A stretch of 64,000 bases of DNA from Actinomycetota bacterium. Lineage in GTDB: Bacteria; Actinomycetota; Aquicultoria; SKW223. Of the stretch, positions 1 to 9,900 are shown piece after piece; position 1 is the first letter of the stretch, and the number at the start of each line of letters is the position of its first letter. The notes beneath the pieces are model-generated. The model was not told the origin of the DNA. It ran no database searches and was given only the letters and a program-made list of their open reading frames with translations. The position numbers and the translations under genes are program-made. Where the stretch lies: NCBI GenBank assembly GCA_026417515.1, contig JAOADC010000061.1, positions 18,074-82,073 of the forward strand, read 5' to 3'.

Positions 1-701
1 AAGAGATTTCCAGTCACAAGGAAGAACTTGAACAACTACAAATTCTTTTTGAAGAGAAATATAGAGAACTTGAAGATATAGCATCTAAACTGAGCATCAA
101 GAGAACTGAGTTTTCTCAAGATTTTTCAAGAAGAATAAATTCAATCCTCAAAGAATTAAAAATGGGAGACCAAAGATTTAATGTAAGAATGGAGACGATT
201 AAAGAGAATGAAGACTACCAGTTACTCAGATCACCGCATGGATTTGAATACATATATTTTGAATTTCAAACTGAAGATGGTGATTTTCAACCAATTTCAA
301 AGATAGCATCAGGAGGAGAATTAAGTCGTCTGATGCTTGCATTGGAAACTTTCGATCAATCAACCAGTCAAAGAAAAACCTATGTTTTTGATGAGGTCGA
401 TACAGGCATAGGTGGCAAAACAGCTGTCAGTCTGGGCAGGTATTTACTGGAACTTTCAACAAATCATCAGGTTATTGTTATCACTCATCTTCCTCAGATT
501 GCTGCTTTTGCAGGTAAACATTTTATGATTGAAAAATCTGAAGAAAGAGGCGAAAAAATTAAGATTCGCGAACTGACATCAAAGCAGGAAAGGGTTCAGG
601 AAATTGCAAGAATGCTCTCAGGAGGCTTAGCAAGCAACCAAGCGTTGAAACACGCAGAAGAATTACTCTTAGAAGCCGGTGAGGTAAAAATTGAAAATTA
701 A
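1..701 (+). CDS. recN: DNA repair protein RecN, C-terminal part; the frame is open to the window start, so the gene begins upstream
   Basis: Frame 3 is open from nt 3. The C-terminal SMC-like ABC signature SGGELSRLMLAL and a D-loop (VFDEVDTGIGG) are present, matching RecN end topology. Confidence 0.85.
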   Translation, partial: EISSHKEELEQLQILFEEKYRELEDIASKLSIKRTEFSQDFSRRINSILKELKMGDQRFNVRMETIKENEDYQLLRSPHGFEYIYFEFQTEDGDFQPISKIASGGELSRLMLALETFDQSTSQRKTYVFDEVDTGIGGKTAVSLGRYLLELSTNHQVIVITHLPQIAAFAGKHFMIEKSEERGEKIKIRELTSKQERVQEIARMLSGGLASNQALKHAEELLLEAGEVKIEN

Positions 702-1848
702 TGGAGCAAAAAAATCGGTCACGATTCGAGGAATCGCTGGTAAAGATCGTAAGACGAAAAATTTAATAAAAAGAATAGGTCCTAAACATATTGCATTTAT
801 CGACCACGAAGACGTTGATAGAGTCAGCGCAGAAGGTCTTGTAAGCACAGGGACAAAAGCTGTGGTCAATGCCTCATCGTTTTCGACCGGTACTTATCCT
901 AACCAAGGACCTGGTATTCTTTTGAGGGCAGGAATACATCTAATTGAAGATATTGGAGAATCAGCCTTCGAAAGGATTGTAGAAGGTGAGGAAGTTCTAA
1001 TCGTAGATGATAAGGTTTACCAGGGAGGAAAACTTGTCGCCGTTGGAAATGTCCTAAGCGAAGAGGAGTTGGAAAAAAGACTTGAGAATGCACGTAAAAA
1101 CATAGATAAAGAATTGATTGCCTTTGCTGAAAACACAGTTGAATACATAAAAAAAGAACGAAAACTTCTTTTTGAAGACTTAGAAATTCCTAAAATCAAG
1201 ACCAATCTTAAGGATAAAAGTTGTCTGGTTGTTGTAAGAGGACATGACTATCAAGAAGATATTAATGCTTTAAGGATCTTTATAGAAAACGAAAAACCAA
1301 TAATTATTGCTGTGGATGGTGCAGCTGATCTCTTATTTGAGAATAGAATATCTCCTGACATAATCATCGGAGATATGGATAGCGTGAGCGAAGAAAGTTT
1401 AAAGAAGGTCAGAGATGTTATTGTTCATTCTTATATCGATGGACGTGCACCAGGTCTCTCAAAAGCACTTGCAGCAAGAAGAGCAGAGGATGTAAAACTA
1501 TTTAAATTCCAGGGCACAAGTGAAGATGCTGCCCTTGTGCTAGCTTACGAACTGGGTGCTTCATTAATTGTTCTTGTGGGTAGCCATACAAATCTGATAG
1601 ATTTCCTTGATAAGGGCAGGAAAGGAATGGCTTCAACCTTTCTTACCAGGCTGCGTGTTGGAGATAGATTGATTGATGCAAAGGGCGTTAGCAAGATTTA
1701 CAAATCTCACGCCAAGCCCCATCATTTGTTTATATTTTTACTTGTTATCTTGGCTTTATTTATATTAACTATTTCTCTCTCCTCTCCAGCCAAAAATCTC
1801 ATTTCAATGCTAATCTTTAAACTACAGATTCTATTAGCATCGATTTAG
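691..1848 (+). CDS. SteA-like protein with a thiamine-pyrophosphokinase-like domain and a C-terminal TM helix
   Basis: TTG start with a GGTGAGGT RBS. A TPK-like GDMDS motif sits in the central region (IIIAVDGAADLL...IIIGDMDSV) and the tail is hydrophobic. It sits immediately downstream of recN, as steA does in Corynebacterineae. Confidence 0.5.
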   Translation: MKINGAKKSVTIRGIAGKDRKTKNLIKRIGPKHIAFIDHEDVDRVSAEGLVSTGTKAVVNASSFSTGTYPNQGPGILLRAGIHLIEDIGESAFERIVEGEEVLIVDDKVYQGGKLVAVGNVLSEEELEKRLENARKNIDKELIAFAENTVEYIKKERKLLFEDLEIPKIKTNLKDKSCLVVVRGHDYQEDINALRIFIENEKPIIIAVDGAADLLFENRISPDIIIGDMDSVSEESLKKVRDVIVHSYIDGRAPGLSKALAARRAEDVKLFKFQGTSEDAALVLAYELGASLIVLVGSHTNLIDFLDKGRKGMASTFLTRLRVGDRLIDAKGVSKIYKSHAKPHHLFIFLLVILALFILTISLSSPAKNLISMLIFKLQILLASI

Positions 1849-1857
1849 GAGGTAAAA

Positions 1858-2625
1858 GTGATTGATTTTCGATACTACATAGTTGCCATAACAGCAATCT
1901 TTGCAGCATTAATTACTGGACTTTTGCTGGGATCTTCACTTACAACAAGTGAAGTCACTAAAAGGCAGCAGGAATCTCTCGTCGAAAGTATTAAAAAAGA
2001 CATAAATAACCTGCGCGAAGAAATGGTTAAGAAGAACATAGAAATAGAGCAACTTAAGGAATATCAAAAGTTAGTAAGAACCTGGCTTGTCAACGATAGA
2101 CTTTCAGGAAGAAATATTTGCATTATTTCATTTAATTCAAAGGATAATTTTCCTCATTTAAACGAGATCAAAAAAGAACTTGTTAACGCTGGTGCAACTC
2201 TATTTGAGATAACAATTAATAGTGAAGCGACAGAAACTACATTCATATCCACACTCTTACAAGATGTTTACAATCCAGATGCAAGCAAAAAATTGGAGCC
2301 GTTTATCAATTCCAAAAAAATCAGCATTTCAAACAATTTTCAGCAGGCACAGGAAGTATTGTTGCTCGTTGACGAAAATCTAATTAAACTGCTTGAATCA
2401 GATCCTCAAATTAAAGAATTCATTCCGATTGTTGCTGTTGCCAAAAACATAAAAGATGCTGAATCATTTATTGATTTAGCACCTGAAAATTCAAGGTGCA
2501 TTGTCTATGATGGCGATTATTTTGATAGTGAAGCATTGATTCTTTCATTTTTCTCCACTCAAGGTGGAATTTTTGGCGAATCATCTGGTAACTCAAGAAT
2601 CATTCCTGAGTATAAGAAGAAATGA
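1858..2625 (+). CDS. MctB/SteB-family (DUF3186-like) membrane-anchored protein
   Basis: GTG start after an AGGAGGT RBS. N-terminal TM (AIFAALITGLLLGSS) is followed by a charged coiled segment, the pattern of mycobacterial MctB and Cg SteB. Position after the steA-like gene fits. Confidence 0.5.
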   Translation: MIDFRYYIVAITAIFAALITGLLLGSSLTTSEVTKRQQESLVESIKKDINNLREEMVKKNIEIEQLKEYQKLVRTWLVNDRLSGRNICIISFNSKDNFPHLNEIKKELVNAGATLFEITINSEATETTFISTLLQDVYNPDASKKLEPFINSKKISISNNFQQAQEVLLLVDENLIKLLESDPQIKEFIPIVAVAKNIKDAESFIDLAPENSRCIVYDGDYFDSEALILSFFSTQGGIFGESSGNSRIIPEYKKK

Positions 2626-3323
2626 GCAACGTTATAGTTTTTCTTCCTGCTTACAACGAAGAAGGTAGAGTTGGAAAAGCTGTTTCTTCGCTTCTCAACT
2701 CACATCTAGTTGATAAGTTGTTTGTCGTCAACGATGGTTCAACTGATGAAACTGCAAAAGAGGCTTCTCAATCTGGAGCCACTGTTATAAATTTCAAAAA
2801 AAATCTTGGAAAGGGTCGAGCATTAAAACAAGCATTGCTGCAGAAGATAAATGAAGGTGAAATTCAAGATGATGATATTATCCTTCTTGTCGATGCTGAT
2901 ACGGCAGAAACTGCATTAGAAGCAGAAAAACTTGTAAAGGAACTTAAAAAAAGGGGGAGGGGGCACTTTGTAATTGCTGTATTTCCTAAACCAAAGAAAA
3001 AGGGTGGTTTTGGACTTGCCAAGAATCTGGCTAAGTATTTTCTAAGGTTTACCACAGGATTTGAATTCAGGGCTCCACTATCAGGTCAAAGATGCGTTTT
3101 TTTTAGTGATTTAAAAAACGCTTTACCTGCATTTAATTATGGTTATGGTCTTGAAGTGGCAATGAGTTATTCGCTTTGCAAACAGGGCTTAATTCCTGTT
3201 GAAGTGACTCTATCAATGACACACAGAGAAACAGGTAGAAACTTAAAAGATTTTCTCCACAGAGGCAAACAATTTCTGGATATATTAAGAGTAATCATTG
3301 ATAGTAGACTTGGGAGATTGTAA
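2622..3323 (+). CDS. family-2 glycosyltransferase, polyprenol-phosphate sugar transferase-like
   Basis: GT2 signatures VFLPAYNEE, VVNDGSTDET and LLVDAD (DxD). The start overlaps the upstream stop (ATGA). Confidence 0.7.
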   Translation: MSNVIVFLPAYNEEGRVGKAVSSLLNSHLVDKLFVVNDGSTDETAKEASQSGATVINFKKNLGKGRALKQALLQKINEGEIQDDDIILLVDADTAETALEAEKLVKELKKRGRGHFVIAVFPKPKKKGGFGLAKNLAKYFLRFTTGFEFRAPLSGQRCVFFSDLKNALPAFNYGYGLEVAMSYSLCKQGLIPVEVTLSMTHRETGRNLKDFLHRGKQFLDILRVIIDSRLGRL

Positions 3324-4096
3324 TGCCATATTTAATTCTTGCAACTATCATTGGCGTTACTATATATGGCTATTTATCAAAATTTAAGAGGTTCAAGGTC
3401 TTAAATTATAGAGGAGAAGAAGTTTTTATTTTTGGTTTTTTTCTTACTTCGATAATAACTCTTTTAGGCATCTTCATTATTCAAGACAACAAAATTAGGT
3501 ATCTTCTCTTTCTTGGTTTTATAGTGAGCCTTGTTGGTCTTATCGATGATCTTTTTCCAAGTTCAGCTAAAGGTTTTAAAGGTCATATAAAATCCTTATT
3601 TGAAGGTAGGATTACAACAGGCCTCTTTAAATTGATTGCAGTAACTACTGTTTCTCTAATCTGGTCGATTTTTCTAAATGGTGTTAGTTTACTCGCTTTA
3701 CTAGATGCATTAATAATCTCAGCCTGCAGCAATTTTTTTAATCTTTTGGACCTTCGACCTGGTAGATCAGTAAAGGCTTCTTTACCTATCTTTCTTGTAG
3801 CATTATTTGTTTCGTCAGGGGAGATTAAAACTCTTGCAATCCTTCTGATAGTTGCTTATCTTATTTACCTTGTGTTTGATTTAAGTGAGAAATTAATGCT
3901 TGGAGATGCTGGTTCAAACGCTTTAGGATTTTTTGCAGGCACAGTCTTATCCATTCTTGTTAAAATTACATTGGTTAAGGTTTTTTTCGCAATTGTTTTT
4001 GTTGCACTTAACCTTGTATCAGAGCGTTATTCATTCACAAGGTTAATTGAGAAAAACCCGTTCTTAAATTTCATAGACCGATTGGGAAGAAGATAG
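3323..4096 (+). CDS. short MraY/WecA-family (GT4) polyprenyl-phosphate sugar-1-phosphate transferase-like membrane protein
   Basis: Multi-TM protein with, in order, LIDDL (DD), NFFNLLD (NxxNxxD) and GDAGSNALGF (GDxGSxxLG) motifs. Only 257 aa; the C-terminal HHH region is absent. Confidence 0.5.
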   Translation: MPYLILATIIGVTIYGYLSKFKRFKVLNYRGEEVFIFGFFLTSIITLLGIFIIQDNKIRYLLFLGFIVSLVGLIDDLFPSSAKGFKGHIKSLFEGRITTGLFKLIAVTTVSLIWSIFLNGVSLLALLDALIISACSNFFNLLDLRPGRSVKASLPIFLVALFVSSGEIKTLAILLIVAYLIYLVFDLSEKLMLGDAGSNALGFFAGTVLSILVKITLVKVFFAIVFVALNLVSERYSFTRLIEKNPFLNFIDRLGRR

Positions 4097-4123
4097 GAGA
4101 TAGGAGGATGAAAGAATTAAGAA

Positions 4124-5743
4124 ATGACTAAGTTTGTTTTTGTTACCGGTGGAGTAGTTTCTTCGCTTGGAAAGGGAATTACAACAGCATCGCTAGGTCG
4201 GCTATTAAAATCCAGGGGGTACAGAGTTTTGCTTCAAAAACTTGACCCATATCTTAATGTAGACCCTGGAACAATGAATCCATATCAGCATGGAGAAGTT
4301 TTTGTAACTGACGATGGTGCAGAAACCGATCTTGACCTAGGACATTATGAAAGATTTTTGGACGAGAACCTAAATAGAGAATGTAACGTAACTGCAGGAT
4401 CTGTTTATCACAACATTCTTCAAAGAGAAAGGCGAGGCGATTACCTTGGTGGCACTGTTCAGGTCATTCCTCATGTCACAGACGAAATAAAATCAAGAAT
4501 ACTCGGTCTTGCTGAAAAATATGAACCTGAAATTCAGATAACTGAAATAGGTGGCACAGTTGGCGATATCGAAAGCCTTCCTTTTCTTGAAGCAATCAGG
4601 CAGCTGAGAAAAGATTTGGGAAAGGAAAATGTCTTTTATATCCATGTTACCCTGGTTCCTTTTCTTTCATCAGCCCAGGAACTCAAAACAAAACCAACTC
4701 AACACAGTGTTAAGGAACTCAGAAGCATTGGTATACAACCAGATGCAATTGTATGTCGAACAGAAAGACCTCTCGATGAATCAATAAAAAAGAAGATTGC
4801 CCTTTTCTGCGATGTTGATTACGAAGCTGTTATTGATTTGGTGGACGTGAAAAATATCTATGAAGTGCCTGTAAATATCCAGCAGCAAAACCTGGATAAA
4901 CTTATTCTTGAGAAACTTAAACTTGAAAGCAGACAATCTGCAATGTCTGATTGGATGGCAATGCTTAAAAAGTTCGAGAAGGCAGAATCTGAAGTAAAAA
5001 TAGGAATTGTTGGAAAGTATGTGAGACTACCAGATGCTTACCTTAGCATTGTTGAAGCCCTAAAGCACGCTTCCAAAGAATTTGCAGCAGTCCCTAAGAT
5101 TGTCTGGATAGATGCAGAAAACATCTCAGAAGAAGATGTTGAATCAAATCTCTCTTCTGTTGATGCAATTCTCGTTCCAGGTGGTTTTGGTGTTCGTGGC
5201 ATTGAAGGAAAAATTCTTGCAATCAAATATGCAAGAGAAAAAAGAATTCCCTTCTTTGGAATCTGTCTTGGCCTGCAATGTGCTGTAATCGAGTTTGCAA
5301 GAAATGTTGCTGGTCTATTGAATGCAAACAGTTCAGAATTTGATGAAAACACTCCTTATGCTGTCATTGATTATTTACCTGAACAGAAGGATATCGATCA
5401 ATATGGTGGTACGATGAGGCTTGGAAAGTACGAATGCGAAATATATGAAAATACAATTGCCCACAGAGCTTACGGGGAAAAACTCATCGAAGAAAGGCAC
5501 AGACATCGTTATGAAGTCAATAATTTCTTTCTGCCAATTCTCGAGAAGTATGGGTTGAAGGTATCAGGAATCAACCCAGAAAGGGGATTGGTTGAAATCA
5601 TTGAGCTTCCTGAGGATACCCATCCTTACTTCCTGGCCTGCCAGTTTCATCCAGAATTTAAATCAAGGCCAACTCGACCACATCCACTTTTTCTCAGTTT
5701 TATTCAGGCAGCAATCAAACATAAAAAGGAAAGAGAAAGATAA
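4124..5743 (+). CDS. pyrG: CTP synthase
   Basis: N-terminus [19 protein letters not shown] and a C-terminal glutamine amidotransferase domain (GICLGLQ). 539 aa. Confidence 0.95.
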   Translation: MTKFVFVTGGVVSSLGKGITTASLGRLLKSRGYRVLLQKLDPYLNVDPGTMNPYQHGEVFVTDDGAETDLDLGHYERFLDENLNRECNVTAGSVYHNILQRERRGDYLGGTVQVIPHVTDEIKSRILGLAEKYEPEIQITEIGGTVGDIESLPFLEAIRQLRKDLGKENVFYIHVTLVPFLSSAQELKTKPTQHSVKELRSIGIQPDAIVCRTERPLDESIKKKIALFCDVDYEAVIDLVDVKNIYEVPVNIQQQNLDKLILEKLKLESRQSAMSDWMAMLKKFEKAESEVKIGIVGKYVRLPDAYLSIVEALKHASKEFAAVPKIVWIDAENISEEDVESNLSSVDAILVPGGFGVRGIEGKILAIKYAREKRIPFFGICLGLQCAVIEFARNVAGLLNANSSEFDENTPYAVIDYLPEQKDIDQYGGTMRLGKYECEIYENTIAHRAYGEKLIEERHRHRYEVNNFFLPILEKYGLKVSGINPERGLVEIIELPEDTHPYFLACQFHPEFKSRPTRPHPLFLSFIQAAIKHKKERER

Positions 5744-7060
5744 ATGTTTGAACAATTAGCATCGAACCTAAGAAAGGCTCTTTCTAATCTTTCAGGTAAG
5801 GGTAGATTGACGCCTGAAATAATTGACACAACATTAAGAGATATCAGAAGAGTTCTACTTTCTGCTGACGTTAACTATAAAGTGGCATCTGCACTTGTTA
5901 AGGAGATGAGCGAGGCAGCAAAAGATGAAAAAGTATTAAGAACACTCACTCCAGAGCAGACAATGATTAAAGTTGTAAGAGATGTGCTTACCGGATTTCT
6001 ATCTCATACTCCTCTTGAACCTGATTATCATTCTTTTCAGAAACCTCTAAAGATAATGCTCGTTGGTTTGCAAGGTTCCGGAAAGACCACGACAGCAGCA
6101 AAAATCGCTTCATATTTAAAAACTGAAAAAAGTTTTAAGAATCCTGCGCTTGTAGCCTGTGACACTGTTAGACCTGCTGCTGTTCAACAACTAAAAACTC
6201 TAGCAGAAGAAAACGGATTTGCTTTTGTAGGGGGTAAAGAATCACCATTTGAGAATGCAAGAGAAGCGCTTAACTCAGGTCAAGAATTCGATCTTCTCGT
6301 ATTTGATACACAGGGAAGACTCCACATAGATGATGAAATGTTAGAAGAATTGAAGAAACTATATGGTCTCATTCAACCAAATCTCGTTTTTCTGGTTATT
6401 GACAGTATGTATGGTCAGGAAGCTTTAAACGTTGCCCAGAGATTTAACGAAGAAACCCCTCTGGACGGGATTATTCTTACCAAACTTGACGGAGATGCCA
6501 AGGGTGGTGCTGCTATCTCTGCAAAATTTGTAACCGGCGTTCCCGTGATATATGTTTCCATAGGAGAAAAAGTTGGCGATTTTGATCTTTTTGAACCAGA
6601 AAGGTATGTTTCAAGAATTCTTGGAATGGGTGATGTTTTAGCCTTAATTAAAAAAGCCGAGAAAGAACTTGACGCTGAAAAAGCTCAAGAAGCTCAAAAG
6701 AAGCTTCTGGAAGGCAAGTTTGACCTAAACGATTACCTTGAACAGTTACGAGAGGTTAAAAAACTTGGTGGGTTACAGTTCATATTGGACCAGATGCCTT
6801 CTGAGTTCAAGAAATTTGCTGGAGTCGTAGATGATAATATTTTAAAGCGCACCGAAGCAATAATTCTTTCGATGACACCTGAAGAAAGGGCTCATCCAGA
6901 GATAATAAACGGGAGTCGACGTGAAAGGATCGCAAAAGGCAGTGGAACAACACTCCAGGATGTCAATCAATTGCTTAAAAGTTTTTATGAAATGAAGAAA
7001 TTTTTTAAAAAAGCAAAAAAATTGAAAAAAAGAAGATTTGGCTTAAAATTACCATTTTGA
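5744..7060 (+). CDS. ffh: signal recognition particle protein Ffh
   Basis: N domain, G domain (GLQGSGKTTTAAKIA, DTQGR, TKLDGD) and a Met-rich M domain. Confidence 0.95.
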   Translation: MFEQLASNLRKALSNLSGKGRLTPEIIDTTLRDIRRVLLSADVNYKVASALVKEMSEAAKDEKVLRTLTPEQTMIKVVRDVLTGFLSHTPLEPDYHSFQKPLKIMLVGLQGSGKTTTAAKIASYLKTEKSFKNPALVACDTVRPAAVQQLKTLAEENGFAFVGGKESPFENAREALNSGQEFDLLVFDTQGRLHIDDEMLEELKKLYGLIQPNLVFLVIDSMYGQEALNVAQRFNEETPLDGIILTKLDGDAKGGAAISAKFVTGVPVIYVSIGEKVGDFDLFEPERYVSRILGMGDVLALIKKAEKELDAEKAQEAQKKLLEGKFDLNDYLEQLREVKKLGGLQFILDQMPSEFKKFAGVVDDNILKRTEAIILSMTPEERAHPEIINGSRRERIAKGSGTTLQDVNQLLKSFYEMKKFFKKAKKLKKRRFGLKLPF

Positions 7061-7075
7061 GTAAGGAGGTGAAAC

Positions 7076-7333
7076 ATGGCAGTTAGGATTAGATTAGCAA
7101 GAGGCGGAAGAAAGAAAAAACCTTTTTACCGCGTTGTGGTTGCCGATTCAAGAGCACCACGTGATTCTGGATATAAGGAAGTTATTGGATATTACAATCC
7201 GCTTACTGAACCATCAACAATTGAAATCGATAAGGAAAAAGCTCTTTACTGGCTTGAAAAAGGAGCACAACCTACCGAAGCGGTGGAGCGGCTGTTTGAA
7301 ATAACCGGAGTCATATCCAAAAAATCTCAGTAG
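7076..7333 (+). CDS. rpsP: 30S ribosomal protein S16
   Basis: [24 protein letters not shown] is the typical S16 N-terminus. Confidence 0.95.
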   Translation: MAVRIRLARGGRKKKPFYRVVVADSRAPRDSGYKEVIGYYNPLTEPSTIEIDKEKALYWLEKGAQPTEAVERLFEITGVISKKSQ

Positions 7334-7344
7334 GAGGTGCGCAA

Positions 7345-7575
7345 ATGAAGGAAATTCTTGAAACCTGCGCAAAGGCGCTAGTTGATAATCCCAGCGCGGT
7401 AAACGTTGACGTTGTCGAAGGAGAGAGGACAATTATTCTTCAGCTTAAAGTCGCTCCTGAAGACGTTGGTAAGGTGATTGGAAAACAAGGAAGAATTGCA
7501 CAGGCTCTTAGAACTTTAATTCGTGCCGTTGCTGTAAAGAAAGGTAAGAGAGCAATCGTTGAAATTCTTGACTAG
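7345..7575 (+). CDS. KH-domain RNA-binding protein (YlqC/UPF0109)
   Basis: 76 aa with a GxxG KH motif (IGKQGRIAQAL). Conserved position between rpsP and rimM. Confidence 0.8.
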   Translation: MKEILETCAKALVDNPSAVNVDVVEGERTIILQLKVAPEDVGKVIGKQGRIAQALRTLIRAVAVKKGKRAIVEILD

Positions 7576-7581
7576 TTTTTT

Positions 7582-8100
7582 ATGAACCGCTTCATTACTT
7601 TTGCCCGCATCGTAAAGACCTATGGAAAAAATGGAGCTGTGGTTGTTGAACCAATAAGAAAGATAAACGAGAAACGACTTACCAACTTAGAAGTGTTCAT
7701 TGCTCCACCGCTTTTGGAAAGGTCGATAACAAAAGTAATCAAGGCGCTTGTCAAAGACAAGCGCCTTATTCTCTTTTTTGAAGGGGTTGAAGATATTTCT
7801 CAGGCAGAACATCTTACTGGAAGATATCTTCAAACAAGCGAAAGATTTATCGACAATCTATTTTTAGAAGGTGAAGAAGATTGTTTAGGTTTTAAATGTA
7901 TTACATCTTCAGGAGATTTGATTGGTTCAGTTGCTGATATCTTAATCAGTCCTGCTCATAGAATATTTTTAATTAAAAGAGAAAATGATGAAATACTCGT
8001 TCCAGATGTATCTGAGTACATAGAATCGATCGACGAAAAAAATGGGATAATTGTAATCAGGGAAGGACCTTACATCAAGAATTGGAAAGACAATGCTTGA
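7582..8100 (+). CDS. rimM: 16S rRNA processing protein RimM
   Basis: Size and position (rpsP-KH-rimM-trmD) fit RimM, with a PRC-barrel-like C-terminus. Confidence 0.8.
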   Translation: MNRFITFARIVKTYGKNGAVVVEPIRKINEKRLTNLEVFIAPPLLERSITKVIKALVKDKRLILFFEGVEDISQAEHLTGRYLQTSERFIDNLFLEGEEDCLGFKCITSSGDLIGSVADILISPAHRIFLIKRENDEILVPDVSEYIESIDEKNGIIVIREGPYIKNWKDNA

Positions 8101-8881
8101 AATCCATATTGCCACCATTTTTCCAGAGTTTTTTAATTCATCTTTAAGAGTTGGAAACATAAAAAGATCTTTAGAAAAAAATCTTGTTCATATTGAAATC
8201 CATAATCTTCGCGATTTTACCTCTGACCCTCATAAAAAAGTTGACGATAAGCCGTATGGTGGTGGTTCAGGAATGGTGATGACTCCTGAACCCTTCTTTA
8301 AACTGTGCTTTCACATTACAGGTACAGAAACCCCTGAAGACGCAAGAAATCTGGCTGAAATAATCCTTCTCACACCAAGAGGAAAGCTATTCGACCAAGC
8401 CACAGCTGAAGAACTTTCAAAAACAAAGAAAAAATTGATATTTCTCTGCGGTCGATACGAAGGAATAGATGAAAGGGTGGCTGAATACCTGTCAACAAGG
8501 CAAATATCAATAGGGGATTATGTTCTTTCTGGTGGGGAACCAGCTGCACTTGTAATCATAGATGCAATAGTCAGGCTTATTCCAGGTGTTGTAGGCGATT
8601 ACGAAAGTGTTGAAAAGGAAAGTTTTTCTGAAAACCTTCTTGAATATCCTCAATATACAAGACCTGAAAACTTTATGGGATATAAGGTTCCAAAGATTCT
8701 CCTTTCAGGTAATCACAGGTTAATCGATGCCTATCGATTGGAAAGAAGAATAATCGATACTTATAACAGACGGCCAGATCTTTTTGAAAAATTCATTCAG
8801 AAAAAAGAAAACTTAGATATTGCCAGACGATTTTTAAGAAATTTTTTGCTAGATTCGGAAAAAAATGACCAAACAAGGTAA
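8093..8881 (+). CDS. trmD: tRNA (guanine37-N1)-methyltransferase
   Basis: MLEIHIATIFPEFF N-terminus and SPOUT-fold motifs (YGGGSGMV, GRYEGIDERV). Confidence 0.95.
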   Translation: MLEIHIATIFPEFFNSSLRVGNIKRSLEKNLVHIEIHNLRDFTSDPHKKVDDKPYGGGSGMVMTPEPFFKLCFHITGTETPEDARNLAEIILLTPRGKLFDQATAEELSKTKKKLIFLCGRYEGIDERVAEYLSTRQISIGDYVLSGGEPAALVIIDAIVRLIPGVVGDYESVEKESFSENLLEYPQYTRPENFMGYKVPKILLSGNHRLIDAYRLERRIIDTYNRRPDLFEKFIQKKENLDIARRFLRNFLLDSEKNDQTR

Positions 8882-8926
8882 TCCTTGTATAAAATTTAAC
8901 TATTATGATTATCGGGAGGTTAAATA

Positions 8927-9832
8927 ATGGCCTTTGATTGGAACAGAATTAAAGAGTTGACTACCTACTATTTAAAGAAATTTTTTCCAAATTGGATTCA
9001 TATTGTAATTAAGGTTCCAATAATTATTTATCTTCTTTACGCTTTTATTAATTACATGCTATTTATTTTTTCGACCCCCACTTTTTGCCAGACATGTCAC
9101 GAAATGAAGGTTTATCATGCACAGTGGTTGGATTCAAATCATGCAAATGTGGGTTGTTATGACTGTCATGGACATAAAACCTTCTTTTCTAAAATTTTTG
9201 CAAAAGTAGAATCATTGTCAGAACTCTACCACCACCTAACAGGAACCTTTGAGGTACCAATAGCACCTAAGAAATTTTCCAGTGATCATAATTGTAAGTA
9301 TTGTCATCCTAATGATGTTAAGAGAGTTTTACCAGGCGACTTAATTGATCCTCACAAGAAACACGAAGAGGTCCATGTAGAAGGCAAACTGGCTGTAATG
9401 TTAAATGGAACTGAAAAGAAGGAGCTGGAGTTTAACGGCCAGCACTGCGTCTACTGTCATCTGAATGTTGTTCATGCTGATAAAAAGGAAGACAGAAGAC
9501 CGCAGATGGAATTCTGTATGCAGAACTGCCACAATGGAAAGAAAGCTACTGACGAGTGTTCTGCCTGTCATACTGATAAGCCTCTGCCAGAATCTCACAA
9601 AGCAGCCAACTGGTATGAGATTCATGGTGCGATGGCAAAGAAAGAGGATTGCAGGAAGTGCCATGCTTATACTGAAAACTTCTGCCAGGAATGCCATAAG
9701 AATAGACCTAAATCTCACGATAAATCATGGAAGTCAACCCATAAGTTCAAAGCAAAAGCGGATAGACAGAACTGCTACGCATGCCATAAAGACGAGTATT
9801 GCTTGAATTGCCATGGCATAGTTCCAAAATAA
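8927..9832 (+). CDS. membrane-anchored decaheme cytochrome c (NapC/NirT/NrfH-like N-terminus)
   Basis: GGGAGG RBS 8 nt upstream. One N-terminal TM helix is followed directly by the first CxxCH. There are nine CxxCH motifs plus one CX3CH (CMQNCH). Confidence 0.85.
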   Translation: MAFDWNRIKELTTYYLKKFFPNWIHIVIKVPIIIYLLYAFINYMLFIFSTPTFCQTCHEMKVYHAQWLDSNHANVGCYDCHGHKTFFSKIFAKVESLSELYHHLTGTFEVPIAPKKFSSDHNCKYCHPNDVKRVLPGDLIDPHKKHEEVHVEGKLAVMLNGTEKKELEFNGQHCVYCHLNVVHADKKEDRRPQMEFCMQNCHNGKKATDECSACHTDKPLPESHKAANWYEIHGAMAKKEDCRKCHAYTENFCQECHKNRPKSHDKSWKSTHKFKAKADRQNCYACHKDEYCLNCHGIVPK

Positions 9833-9900
9833 GAGTAATTACATATAGAAAGCAAATAGAAACAAAACTATCTAAAAATTTGAAGGCGTGATGATTTTCT

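Noticed and set aside
8882-8926. Possible independent promoter for the cytochrome genes (TTGTAT ... TATGAT/TATTAT)
   Set aside because: Hexamer spacing is 10-13 nt, too short for sigma-70. The genes are more likely co-transcribed with trmD, or use a promoter I cannot recognise.
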